Shown here: positions 37,701 through 50,500 of the stretch, piece by piece
Layout: each line of letters opens with the position of its first letter
Position numbering within the stretch: position 1 is the first letter of the stretch
From: Trichoplax adhaerens
Taxonomy: Eukaryota > Animalia > Placozoa
Assembly: GCF_000150275.1 (NCBI RefSeq)
Contig: NW_002060943.1
Location: 10,912,878-10,976,877 of the forward strand
Reading direction: 5' to 3'
DNA: 64,000 nt
Position numbers and translations under genes: made by a program
Notes under the pieces: model-generated
The model's input: only the letters and a program-made list of their open reading frames with translations
What the model was told of the DNA's origin: nothing
Database searches by the model: none

Positions 37701-40700
37701 CCAGCACCAACATGTTTCCGACCACCACAAGGTAGTAAGATGTAGTAATTGATGTATTAATTTCATCGTTTGTGTTTCTATTTCTATTATTGAAAGCAAC
37801 GTCTAAATTTAGTTAGCATAACGATTCTTATAAGGTTCTTAGTTCTATGCCTAATGTAAAATGTGTTTAAATAGATTTCGCACTACCATGCGCTGGAAAT
37901 CCTTGCGGTCCTGGAAATCAATGCCAAAACGTTATGAATTACACCGCTTACATTTGCCACTGCAGTTACGGATTCTTTAATGGAAGGGGTTGTGTCGGAG
38001 GTATGTAGAAATAAATTGAAGCTTTTAAGAAGTCAAACATGAATATACTTGCATGGGCTTAAGCCCTTAATTGTTGACGTGGAGATGTCGAAAAAATTGA
38101 ATAGCAGACATATTTGACAACTGACGTTCTTAAAATTCTAAAAATAATGTTTAGGTATTCCGGTTACAAAAAACACTGTATCTTACTATTCTAGTCCGAA
38201 CAGACTAGAAGTTGGTGCAGCAATTAAATTCATCTGTACTGCTAAAGGTTTCCCAGCACCTAAAGTGGAAATTTACAGAAACGGAAAAATGATGAGAAAT
38301 AGCTCTGGCGTTGCAATCTATTCATCTAAACTCAATGATTACAGTACTCAAACAATATTGAAGTTCGATGCATTCTCTCATAACCACACCGGTATTTATG
38401 AATGCCGTGCTGGAAATCAATATAACAAGCAGCCAGTATCAATTAAAATACCAGTCGGTGCGTTTTACTTTCCTCTAGTATCTCTATACTATCAATGATA
38501 ATCAATGTAGGATTGAACAAGTCTCCTTTTCATCAATTTATATTCGATATTTTTTCCGTAGACATCAATGAATGTCTTACCAGCCCTTGCTCTCGGGGAG
38601 TCTGTATTAACACTATTGGATCGTTCAAATGCCAGTGTTTCCGAGGTTGGATGGGTAAACTCTGTAATCAAGGTAATTCAGAATAGATTGTGCATTCCAA
38701 TCTGAATATAAATTAGATATGACTGTTAATCAAAGTATTTACTTCAATAATATGAACTTATATGAATTTTGTAACTAATCATTTATCCTATGCAAGGTTG
38801 TGCCAACTTTGTTTCGTGCAATTATTTATTATTGATATTTATATCCCTTCCATCCATTTTAGACATTAACGAATGTAACTCACAGAAAAAGGTTTGCGAT
38901 CCAGATGCTAATTGTACCAACTACCCAGGTTCATTCTCATGCAAATGTAAACCAGGTTTTATTGGCAATGGATTTTCTTGTACAGGTAATAATGATATTA
39001 ATGAATCATTTCTTAATTAAAGTAACTATTATTATTTGCTTACACTTTGAGATGAAATGTGCTTAGTGTATAAGAATTGATTTTTTTGAATGTAGAAGTT
39101 CTTTTACAATATAAAAATTATTCCTGTAATTATGAATAACGATTATGTATTTTAATTGCGTGAAACAGAATTAAGACTCTATCCTTATGGGTACAAGTAC
39201 TTCGATAGAGCATTTGGCTATACCGATGATGGCTATCGTCGTTATAACCTGAAAGTTCCTGTATTCTTTATGAACAAATTTCAAAAAACAATTTACGTAA
39301 GTTTCACACGTTCGCAAGTCATTAGATAATTATAGTATAGGAACATTTCATAATCATTTGTACCATAAATGGCCTTATTAACATCGTAATCATCAAAAAT
39401 CTTTCTTATTCTGGTACATTCATTTATTAATAGGTATCTATGAATGGATTCGTTTCTCTTGGTAGACCATACTTTGGCTCACCACGCAATCCATTACCAT
39501 TAAACCGAAAAACAAGCATTATTGGACCATTTTATAGTGACGCTGATGGCCGAAATCCTGTAACAAGAGTCTACTTCCATCAGTATTATAGAGCTGATAG
39601 AAATCCGATTTCTACTGAAATATTAAAGCGAGCAACAATGGACGTAGCCAAATTTCAAGCCGCTTTAGCTAACGGCCAAAACGATACCAAAAACTTTGGA
39701 TTTTTCACTAAAGTTGTGCCTAACTTTGTTGCAAAACAAGTTATTATTGTTACCTGGTCAAAATTAGTACCTTATCCAGGCTTTATCAATTATAAATATA
39801 ATTCGGTAAGATACCTAGCTGTAGCAATACGTAACACTTATCGTGCAGTATACTGTAATATTTATTATTCTTATAATTAATTTAATAAATATCGCTGTTG
39901 ACATAGAATTTAAATTAATCATTTCTATACATAAGAGTGTTTAATTAATCATTCTCTTTACAATTTATAAATTAATATTTCCAGTTCAACACTTTCCAAC
40001 TTGTATTGGCTTCCAACGGCAATAATCTTTTTGGTTTCTTCGTTTATGAAGATGAAGGCATGAACTGGTGGAAGCGATTCCCTTACATTAGGCCCAAGAT
40101 TGGTTATACTAATTCGACACCATCGTATACTTATTTAGTACCCGGTTCTGATACTACTAGTGCATTAAGAGTTGATTCTATGATCGGTAATTTCAAAATG
40201 AGGGGTCGATATGGATTCCGTCTAGATGATTCAGCCATTGGACGTACTAATTACGAAGAGAAGTGCATGGAATGGTTTAATAATCAGCCATCACCAGAAA
40301 ATTATCTCATGGCTTTACGACGTCTATCGTGCCCATGTACTATCTTCCAAGCTCGACGAGACCGACGATTCCGTGTTGATTGGAGAACATACTGTGCAAG
40401 ATCATTTTTCCGGCGTGCATCAGATGGTGAAAGAGTAAGTTGACGTGGACTTGTACCATGCTTGCACAAAATAGTATATGGAAATTACTCTATAGCACTT
40501 CAAAATTCATCCCTTATATAATTTATTGATCAGTACTGAAACTATACGTTTACTTTAGTAAATCGACAAGGAGGTCATGTAAGCTTTATTAGAATTAATA
40601 ATATAATCAAGAGATAACTATAATATGATGAAATATTGATAGGTTCGCCAGCAATGCTGCTACCAGCGATTTAGACCAGGCTTTGGGGCATTGATCAGAC

Positions 40701-43700
40701 AACCACCGTTGGCGGTTTCATTTACTTTCAGGAATAGAACTTGGCGTAATGCCGAAGAAGAGGCGCGTCGCGATTGCTGTTTCAGATCGGGTTTATGTCG
40801 CTATTATTACGAAAAGATGCCATTCGATAACTGCCGTAACTACAGACCACCAAGAAGAGGTATTGTATAAGTAGAAGATATCTGCAAAGTGTATATTGAT
40901 TTTATTACTTCTGTACTATGTTATACAATGATTCATTCAACTATACAGTTCACCACTATAATTCTAGTTTTTGTTTAGTTTAGTTCAGTCATGCATTAAG
41001 CTTACTGTATGTAGTTATTTTAAAGGTAAAATTTTGATCACATTAGCTTGTGTTAAATATTTCGTGACTCCTTCTGAGTTCGTATCTGATCTTAGACAGC
41101 TTTTATGAAAAAAATTGCATATCATCTCGCTCACGATCATGTCGCCGAAACTAGACCGAGATAATAATAATGATGTCTTTTAATTTTAACTAGCACTTAT
41201 GTGGGGAGATCCTCATATTACTACCTTGGATACAAAAACGTACAGCTTTAACGGCCATGGCGAATACACCTTATTGGATGTCGACGGTGGCTTCTTCGTA
41301 TTACAAGGTCGTACCATGAGAGCTATACAAAATGGCTCTGCATCTGCATTAGCAACAGTTTTTGCATCATTTGCCTCAAAACAGAATGATTCCGATACCG
41401 TTGAAGCTAGCCTTAATAGCAATAGCGATGGAATTGATATTTATGTCAATAATAATAGTACTTCATTCTCCTTCAGTACCATTGGTGAAAATGATACCCT
41501 ATCGTATAACAACGTCGAACTGTCACGAACTATTGATAACAAATTAGTTATTGCATTTACAAGTGGTATTAACGTCGAAGTTCAACTATTAACAGAAATG
41601 TTAGCTATTACTTTTAGTGCACCAGATACCTATAAAGGCAATACTAAAGGTTTATTGGGTACATGGAATGATAATATTACTGATGATTTCAAGAGACCAG
41701 ATGGAACTTATTTGGACATCAATGCAAATGAATCTACTATCTTTTATAATTTTGGTCGACTCTGTAAGTTTATAAATTATAACGCTACGTAAATGTGGGA
41801 AACGTGTAAAAATTACATTTAGCAATTGTTCCATTTGTGTATTAGTGCGGTAATTAATTATTTGCCAATATATTAAGAGTAACAAATTAATCTATGTTAC
41901 TGTATACCGTCGTTGGATATTAGATTTGTCTTACTAATTTAATATGCGTAATACTTCAATCTAACAGGGCAAATAAATAGTGGAAGTTCACTTTTCACTT
42001 ATCCAGCTGGTACAACCGCAGCTAATTATAGTGATCCTAGCTTTGTTCCTATTTTTGCCGAGAATATCCCAGCATTGTTTGGCAATAACACCGCCTTTTA
42101 CCAACAATCCGTCAACGCATGTGGCAATGATACACAGTGCTTATATGATGCTGCATTGACTTTGAATTTGAATGCTGCAACAAGTGGCAAGAATGCTTCT
42201 AATGAATATCAGACAGGAAATACTGAATTAGAAAATTTCCCACCAACAATATCTGGCTTGGACTCTTACAATGTTACTTACGGCCAAGTATTCATGACTC
42301 AACTAAACGTTTCTGATGCTAATGCTGGTGATAATGTTACCGTAGTTTTAGTCAATCCACCACCCGGTGCTTACTTTGATAATATGACCATGGTATTCAA
42401 CTGGACAGTTTCAACTTATGACAACATCACTATCAAATTTGTAGCTACTGATTCAAAAGGAGCCAGTAGTGAATTATCACCATCAATAACGATGTGCTAT
42501 TGTGATAATAACAGCACATGCGATTACAATGCTGAATCAGTTGTTGTTAATGATATAACACAAATTTCTTGTACCTGTGACGCAGCTTGGACTGGTGATC
42601 ACTGCACTGAAGATTTAAATGAATGTGCTGATAGCCCTTGCTTTGCAAATGTCACTTGCACTGATAATCCAGCACCTCAATCTGGCTATGTTTGCAACGG
42701 TTGCCCGGCAGGTTACACTGGCGATGGACAAAAATGCTACGATATCGATGAATGTACTAATGGTACTAATTCATGCCAACAAACTTGTACCAATAATGAA
42801 GGAAGCTATACTTGCGGATGTAACAGTGGTTATATCTTACGTAATGATACTTATTCCTGCATGGATATTGACGAATGCATGAATGGCGATGCTAATTGTA
42901 GCTCATCAGCAACCTGCGTTAATACAGCAGGCTCATACCAATGTGTCTGTAGCTCCGGTTATATGTTAAGCAATGGAAATTGTACTGATATTGATGAGTG
43001 CGCTACTAATAATGGAGGCTGTAGCCAAGTATGCACCAATTCAGAAGGAAATTATACCTGTTCATGCTATAGCGGATTCACACTTGGTAGCAATAACCAT
43101 AATTGTACCGATGTTGACGAATGTACCCAGACATTACCTTGCCAACAAGTTTGTGTTAATACACAAGGTTCTTATTTCTGTGCCTGTAATCAAGGTTTCC
43201 AATTGAATGTTGACGGAAAATCATGTAATGGATCTATTAGTTGCAGCGCCAATCATACTTGCTCTTTTGGTTGTGCTGTTGTTAACGGAAAAGATACTTG
43301 CTATTGCGATCAAGGATATACTTTAGGCAGTGACAATAAAACTTGTGTCGATCTTAATGAATGTAATGGTAATGGTCAATTATGCCAACAAATTTGTGTT
43401 AATACCCCTGGAAGTTATCATTGCCAATGTAATTCAACGTATAAGCTTAAAGCTGATAAAATCAACTGTGAAGATATTGATGAATGTTTGAATAGCACTT
43501 CATGCCCAGCTACATCCAACTGTACTAATTCCATTGGTTCACATTCTTGTCAATGTTGGCCTGGTTATACTGGTGCACAATGTACTGATATTGACGAATG
43601 CTCTCAAGCCAACTCTTGCTCAAGCGATGCAACATGCAAAAATACTCCAGGCTCTTTTACTTGCTCTTGCAAGCTTGGATTTTTCGGTAATGGTACGACC

Positions 43701-44834
43701 TGCGAGGCCATTAAGCGTTATAATGCCAATGTTAGGCTTAATGGAACATTTACTAGTGATTTAACCAACAATAGCTCAGCACAGTTTATAGCCTTGAAGC
43801 AACAGGTTGAAACTAGTCTTAATACTATTTACTCAAATAATGCTAATACTAGCAGTACATTTAAGACTGTACAAGTTACTGAATTTAAAAATGGTAGCAT
43901 TATAGCTGATTATATTATATTAATAGCTGCGACTAGTAGTGTATCTACATCACAGTTACAATCTGCTATACCAGCGGCTTCAACTATTGGTGGCTATACA
44001 ACATTACAACAAGCAGTAGTAGTCGACTTTAATGAATGCGCTAATCCGGCTGACAATAATTGTACAAGCTTGCAAGATTGTGTCAATACCGCTGGCTCGT
44101 ACAGATGTCAATGTAAAACTGGATATACTGGACAGTTTGAAAGTTGTACCGACATTAACGAATGTCTTGGATCTCCATGCCCGACCAATGCCAACTGCGC
44201 TAACACCATAGGATCCTTTACTTGTACTTGCCATGTAGGCTATACCGGAGCAACATGTACAGATATCAATGAATGCTTAACAGCACAATGTCCTGCTGAT
44301 TCAAACTGCGTCAATACAGCTGGATCCTACAGATGCCAATGCAACACCGGGTATATCAATCAATCCAATACATGCAACGATATTAACGAATGTGCTAGAA
44401 ACCCTTCGCCATGTACATCCAGCAATAATCGATGCGTCAATACCAAGGGTTCATATACTTGTAGTTGCGCACCCGGTTACAGAGGATCTGCCAATAACTG
44501 TACTTGTATGTTAAACTGCTTAAATGGAGGTACATGCCAAGTTGCTAATGGAACGGCTACATGTAACTGCATCAATGGCTATAGAGGAATTACATGTAAT
44601 GTGGCTGGTGATATGCCTACAGGTGCCATTGTTGGAATATCGGTTGGAACTGTTGCTGGTATACTGTTAATTATTGCTATTATAGTTATTATTAGCAAGA
44701 GCGGACGTGGTAAACGTATTGGACCAGGAATGTGTGGTGCAGAAAATCCTGGCTTTGTACAAGAAAACCAAGAGTTGCATGAAACTGGGCGCAAAAATCG
44801 AAATATGGATGAAGAAAATGAAATGCAAGCTTAA
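25786..44834 (+). CDS. Giant mosaic type I membrane protein (MUC4/SUSD2-type core): SP-EGFx4-[FZ-FZ-SRCR]x3-EGF-Ig-cbEGFx2-NIDO-AMOP-VWD-EGFx10-SEA-EGFx5-TM-tail; 33 exons, ~3,186 aa
   Basis: Signal-peptide exon 25786-25836 ([17 protein letters not shown]|VSHS). All 33 GT-AG exons chain in compatible phase and sum to 9,561 nt, a multiple of 3, ending at TAA 44832-44834. Domains were recognised from cysteine spacing and motifs: GRVEVY..WGTVCD (SRCR), NTFQLVLAS (NIDO), QQCCY..DCC..C.NYRPP (AMOP), [13 protein letters not shown] (VWD), FKNGSII (SEA). A single transcript is inferred from phase continuity, not shown. Confidence 0.82.
27184..27239. repeat. Near-perfect 56-bp inverted repeat in intron 1 of the mosaic gene
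   Basis: TGAAAAAATTGATGAGCAAACTGATCA-GT-TGATCAATTTGCTCATCAATTTTTTCA: 27-bp arms, one mismatch. Confidence 0.9.
31328..37525 (+). other. Three tandem FZ-FZ-SRCR modules (six 10-Cys ROR/MuSK-type Frizzled CRDs, three SRCR domains)
   Basis: FZ exons 31328-31725, 32122-32480, 33458-33906, 34549-34928, 35667-36118, 36615-36991 (pattern C..Y.G..C...C...C...C...LCREDC...C...C...C). SRCR exons 32776-33096, 35036-35353, 37202-37525. Confidence 0.8.
39169..41763 (+). other. NIDO-AMOP-VWD block with GDPH motif (41205-41216)
   Basis: [96 protein letters not shown]; domain order as in MUC4. Confidence 0.88.
43708..44022 (+). other. SEA domain with GSII cleavage motif (43893-43904)
   Basis: Cys-free ~105 aa insert between EGF arrays: [38 protein letters not shown]...[17 protein letters not shown]. 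Confidence 0.85.
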
Positions 44835-47545
44835 AAATGTCCCTAAACATAAAGTTGCTAGAATGTAGTTATAGATCATGCTATGACCTCTGATAGCTTA
44901 TCCTGATAAGCCTATCATTTAATTCATGTCGATTTAATAAATCGATAATTATTATTATATTACCCCTCATCTTATTAACAAATCCTCTTAATAAGCTATA
45001 TCATAAATTTTAATTATTTTTATCATATAGGACATTATGAAATATTGCTTTCACGTACGAATTATTTCTATCATGTTATTGGGTAGTTTGTTCGTATACA
45101 AATCAATTCTGACTATCTTAATGCTTTCATTATTTTTTGCTTTACCGTATAACATGTGACCAATTACTGGTTCGTGCTATACAGTAGTTGACAATGCCTT
45201 CGTTTAGTTATTTGGCAGCCATAGAAAACTTTATAATTTGACTTTTAATACGAATAATTTAAGTCATTTAGTTTACTTTACTATAAGTATTTCATTCTTT
45301 TATCTTCGTACTCTAAGCGTTGTTTTCTGATTAGAAAACAAGGAGGTCATACATATTTTTAATTTATAGATGTATTGCTATTTTACCATTTAGAGTAGTT
45401 GACAATTTTGTCCATAAGTGAATCCCTAATAGAAACTTGTTAGGATTAAAATAAAATAAAATAAAGCTTTCAATTGCATAACTCCTGTGCATAATCAATG
45501 CGATTACTGATTCTGGCTTATGAGTTAATTAGAATTAAGATTGATGCTAATACAATAACCGTACCCGAATTTTATGGTACCGAGGACTACAGAATTTATA
45601 GGAACGTAGGAATACTACAAAACATGTTTTAATCATCGAGAATCCTGAAAGACAAGATTTCTTCAAGGAGTAAGCTTTGAGTGAAAGTAGTTCGGTATGG
45701 TTTGTACATTTGTAATGAACTTAGGTTATGTATGTTATATACAATTGATACTACACTGCACATTTGGCTAAAAGGGCTTATCATTGAAAGAGTATCAGCT
45801 TCTCAGCTAAGTTAGTGTACGGCCGTAAGATGCAATAATCATTATCATATATTTTCCAAATACAGCTGGAGAATTTAGAGTGCTGAAAAACCCTTAAAAA
45901 TCTTTTAAGTTGAAAATAATCTTGAGCAAATGTAGTCGAACATTGATTAACTATTCTCAATTTGTATATTATTCTTATAGTTGCATGAGTAAGTATGGAT
46001 AGATAGTATTACAATATAAAATCATTGCACCTCATTGAAGGTTAATATACTATACTATAATGTCGATCATATTGGATATACACGAGTCTTCGAGTTAAAT
46101 TATATAGAGTTTAGTTGCAAGTGCATTCTATAACTCTTTATAGTAAAATCGGTACCGAATTAATAGGCATTTATAGGATGATAGCCACCGTGAATTACCA
46201 TGCAACATAAAATCTCTACAATATTCTTAATATTGGCTTGATCTAAAGTATTTAACCTATTGTTTATTCAATCGATAACAGCAACATCCAACTAATGAAT
46301 GGCGCTATAAGATTAATGGCTTTAATTTCAAATCTATTCTAATAAATAAAACAGAACAATAGTGGACCCATTATCATTCTATAATTAATCAGCTAGATCT
46401 TAGAAGCATATGATGGAGCTCAGACTGCTAATTTTTATTACATACTGCATAAGGAATTTTTATAAAGTAGTGTACTGTACAGTGAATTTATTCTATCTAA
46501 CGCGATGAAACGCAGTAGATCGCATGCGATATCCTGAACTAGCTAATCGATTATGAATTGCATACACATAGTATGACTATAAAGTAAGTAATAGATATTG
46601 TAAACAAAATTATGCTTTCCATTTTAAGATGATCAGCAAAATATATCAGAATATTGTCTTCTCTTTTATACTTTTAGTCAACCTAATGTAAAGACATAAG
46701 CTGCTATAATTCTAGTCATTCGAAGTAAAAGGGCTAATTACTATTTCAACTCGCAAAAATTGACTTTAAATATTAATCTTATCATAGTCTTTAAAAAATT
46801 TTCGTAAATTATCGTGCCCGGATAAGATCAAACGGAATAGAGTTAAAGTAGCTGCAATGGCATTTCGATTATTACTGCAACATGCAGATATTTATGGGAA
46901 GTAATTGGTTTCATAATGGAATTCTGTTAATTCGTATATAGGTAGTAGTGTAAGGTTTTCCGTACACCATCTAATGTTGAAATAGAAACGTATGGTAGCT
47001 TGTCATAATATTTAATCAAACAATGTTACGAATCCTTTACTCGAACATTTTTTTGAAAATGAGGAAATTAAGTCAATATCCTTGAAATTGTACCGTAAGT
47101 ATTTCATGTTTGTGTATGGCAATAAACACCACGTAGAGTTAGAATATGCTATTAATTGTTAAAGAACAATCAAAATACATGAAGTATATTCTGCTCATTT
47201 GATGACCCAATGATTACAGTATATCCAATATTATTTACTTAAGGCTGACAATCAATGCACACGATTAATAGTGTCCGTAAATCAGATATTTTCATATTTG
47301 ATGATATTATGACAAGCGATGATGATTCAGATTCCAGTTTAACATATCTTCTTGGTTGCAACGAATAATACGTGAGTATATTGAAGTGAATTGATATCAT
47401 TACTTGGTAGAAGATTAGTCATTGTTATGTAAGATTTTTCTGCATTACTTCCAAAGCCAGATTGCTGTTTGATGTTATATAATTATACATAGAAGTAGAC
47501 TAATCCTGATTATTGCCGTCATAAATAAGAATTAAAGAAAACAAT

Positions 47546-50500
47546 ATGTCAGAAAAGATTTATAGCAGAATTCGAAGCGATTTTGGTTCTAGTGGAAGCG
47601 CTATTACCAATGTCTACAGCCGGCAACTGGGCCCTCGAAACGATTACTACAAGCAACGACCACCACGATATCGCGCAAGAACAAATACATCTGTATTTCG
47701 AAAAAATTATCGTAGCAAAACTTCACAAGCGCCAACCATTAGAGAGAAAGATATTTCATATGGTTTACATCAGGTAAAATACTCACAATCATTCATTACG
47801 ATTAACAGACATCTTGGTGTTTCTAAGAAGTATATTCATTGATGCAGTAGGGCTTTTTTGATATAAAGTTACATAAACTCACGATCGCAACTAATCTAAT
47901 AATATACGCGTATAATCAAGAGAGTTACTATTACTTCTAAGTTTCAAGAGTCAGAGAAATTTTATTCAATTAATGTATTCAACAGGCAGCTAGAGATGGA
48001 ATTGTAACAGCAGTTCGAGCTTTACTGAAAAATTCTGGTGCATTTGATGAAGAATATGATGTCGACATGTTGGATGATTTCGATTGGACACCACTTCATT
48101 ACGCGGCCAAAAATGGCCACTCTGATGTTATAGCTTGCTTACTTGAAGCTGGAGCAGGTACATTATTAAGCTGTTTTTGATAAATCTCGTTGCAGTTTAA
48201 ATTTTTAGATAGAAATCTATTCCTAACGATAAATTTAACACTAAAGATAACGTCAATATGATTAAATAATTCCATCAGATTGATAGAGTCGTAGAAGTTT
48301 CTCTTAATTGTTACTTTTGTAATGAAGATATACTTTAAAGTTAGCTTAAATTGATTATAAAAGTGTAAAAGCAGTAAATACAATGGTTCACAAAGTTTTT
48401 ATTTTTATCTAAGAGACAACATGCATTATAGGAACCCTAAATGAACGTCTTGAGTACTTAAGATTTTTTTTACGTAGATGTCAATATCTGCGGTTGCATG
48501 GATCTAACACCATTACACCTGGCTGCAAAATATGGAAGCTTGCAAGCAATTCGTATGTTAATGTCAAGCGATGCAGAATTAGAGTATCCTGATTCCTTAA
48601 CCGGGGCAACAGCGCTTCATATGGCTGTGCGATATAGTAATAAAGACACAGTGGAGGTACAGTACTTAAAGATTTATAATTTTAGAGTTATAAGCAATAT
48701 CCACAAGACGATTCCATTGGATCAATACATATGTTAGGTCAAGTTTACTGAGCTAATAGTTTTATAGAGTAATGAGCTTATTCTTAAAGTCATAAAATCA
48801 TTGCTAATTTTATAAAGCTAGCCAGTCATTTTATAGAATACCTCTTTGATGATTATTTTATAAAGCAAACTACAGAGTTACATTTACGAGATGTTATTAA
48901 TATTTGCAACCGCTCTAGGCGATATTTTCCGCAGCAAAAATTCTACGTAAGCCTTTTGATATCGATATTACTGATAATGAAGGTACAACGCCGTTGCATC
49001 AAGCTGTCTTGCATGGGAAACTAGAAATTTGTAAACTTCTGGTAATAATATCACCAGAACTAGCAAGAGTATTATACGTATAATATTATTTCATTTACTT
49101 TAAAAGCAGCACGATAACGATTGCAGAAGTGCAAATGTATCTTTTAAAATAAATGGTTATACTATTTATTAGCTCCAACGTGGTGCACTCATTACAAGTA
49201 CTGCATTAGATGGCAGTACTCCATTGCATGTGGCGGCTAATAAAGGCAACAGTGAAATCATGGAGCTCTTACTGGAAACAGGTACATTAGCATAAGTATT
49301 ATATTGTATAGGTCAAATTCTGCCCTTAAAATATTTCATAAGTTGCGATACAATCTAACAGTAATACATTAGCCAAGTTCTAAAATCTATTTTATTATTC
49401 TATAGCATCCTATACGGATGCAAGTAGTCAGATCTTAATTGAGAGCTGCGATAAAGATGGTAATACCCCTTTACATCTTGCAGTCCAAAGTGGAATTAAA
49501 AGGGTAAGGAAAATGCAAGAATTCGCTTAAAAATGTAGTAATAACAGCAGATTAATGACTTTTTTATCGGCTACTTTTAGACTGATACTAAGAACTACTA
49601 AAAGAAATAATACTGATAAAAATTGATCGAATAAATGATACCGTACGCTTCGAGTTGGATATGTGCGATGGAAATTTTATGATTTAATCAAATTTTTCCC
49701 TTATAGACTGTTGAAATTTGTATTGAATATAGTGCGGACATTAATGCCGTTAAGGTAAGTTTATTTTTGCTAGTTGTAAGGTTTACAAATTTCTTTTGAT
49801 TTAATATGATTTAGGATATCATAGTACTGACTATAATGAATTGATATTTTAGAGCAAAGATTGCAATTAGCGAATGTAGATTTACAGTATCAATAAGTTG
49901 ATTTTTATTCCAATTAAAAAAATTGCAAAATGGTCATAACACACAGTACTATAAATTGACTGACTCGCTAATAAATATATTTTATCAAAGCGATGTATTC
50001 ATTAATAGATTATAGTAGCAATCAGTCTTACAAGATGTTTTCAGGAAGTTATTTACACGATTATTCCCTCTTTATCGAATTATATGAGGAAACATGCTAC
50101 AGTTTTTAGCAAATCTTAAATATGACAGGAACTAAATCTGCTTTATGGTAAAGTTCACGACGGATAAAATCTTGCAGTTTATGAACAATGGGCTTTGATA
50201 CGAAGATAATAAGCCGTTACTTAGAAGTTATTACTACTTTTAGTCAAATTTTTAATAGTTCGGATATTCTGTTTAGGAGAATCTTTCATCGCCTTTGCAT
50301 ATAGCAGCACTGTATGGCTATATGGATATTGTAGAATTATTAGTGCAATCAAATTGTCGTTTACATGTCAAAGATTGTTCACAAATGACTCCTTTGCATA
50401 AAGCAGCACTATTCAATAGGGTAGATGTTATCGAATATCTCCTATCCAAGGTAAAGTGGCAGTAAAATATGGCGTTTAGTTAGTTGATTTATTTTTCATT

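Noticed and set aside
42619-44879. Alternative-frame and antisense ORFs overlapping the large terminal exon
   Set aside because: Shadows of the cysteine-rich main reading frame.
47309-47368. Short upstream ORF MTSDDDSDSSLTYLLGCNE* and donor-like sites (47096, 47372) before TRPA1
   Set aside because: Could be 5' UTR exons with a uORF, but cannot be supported without transcript data.
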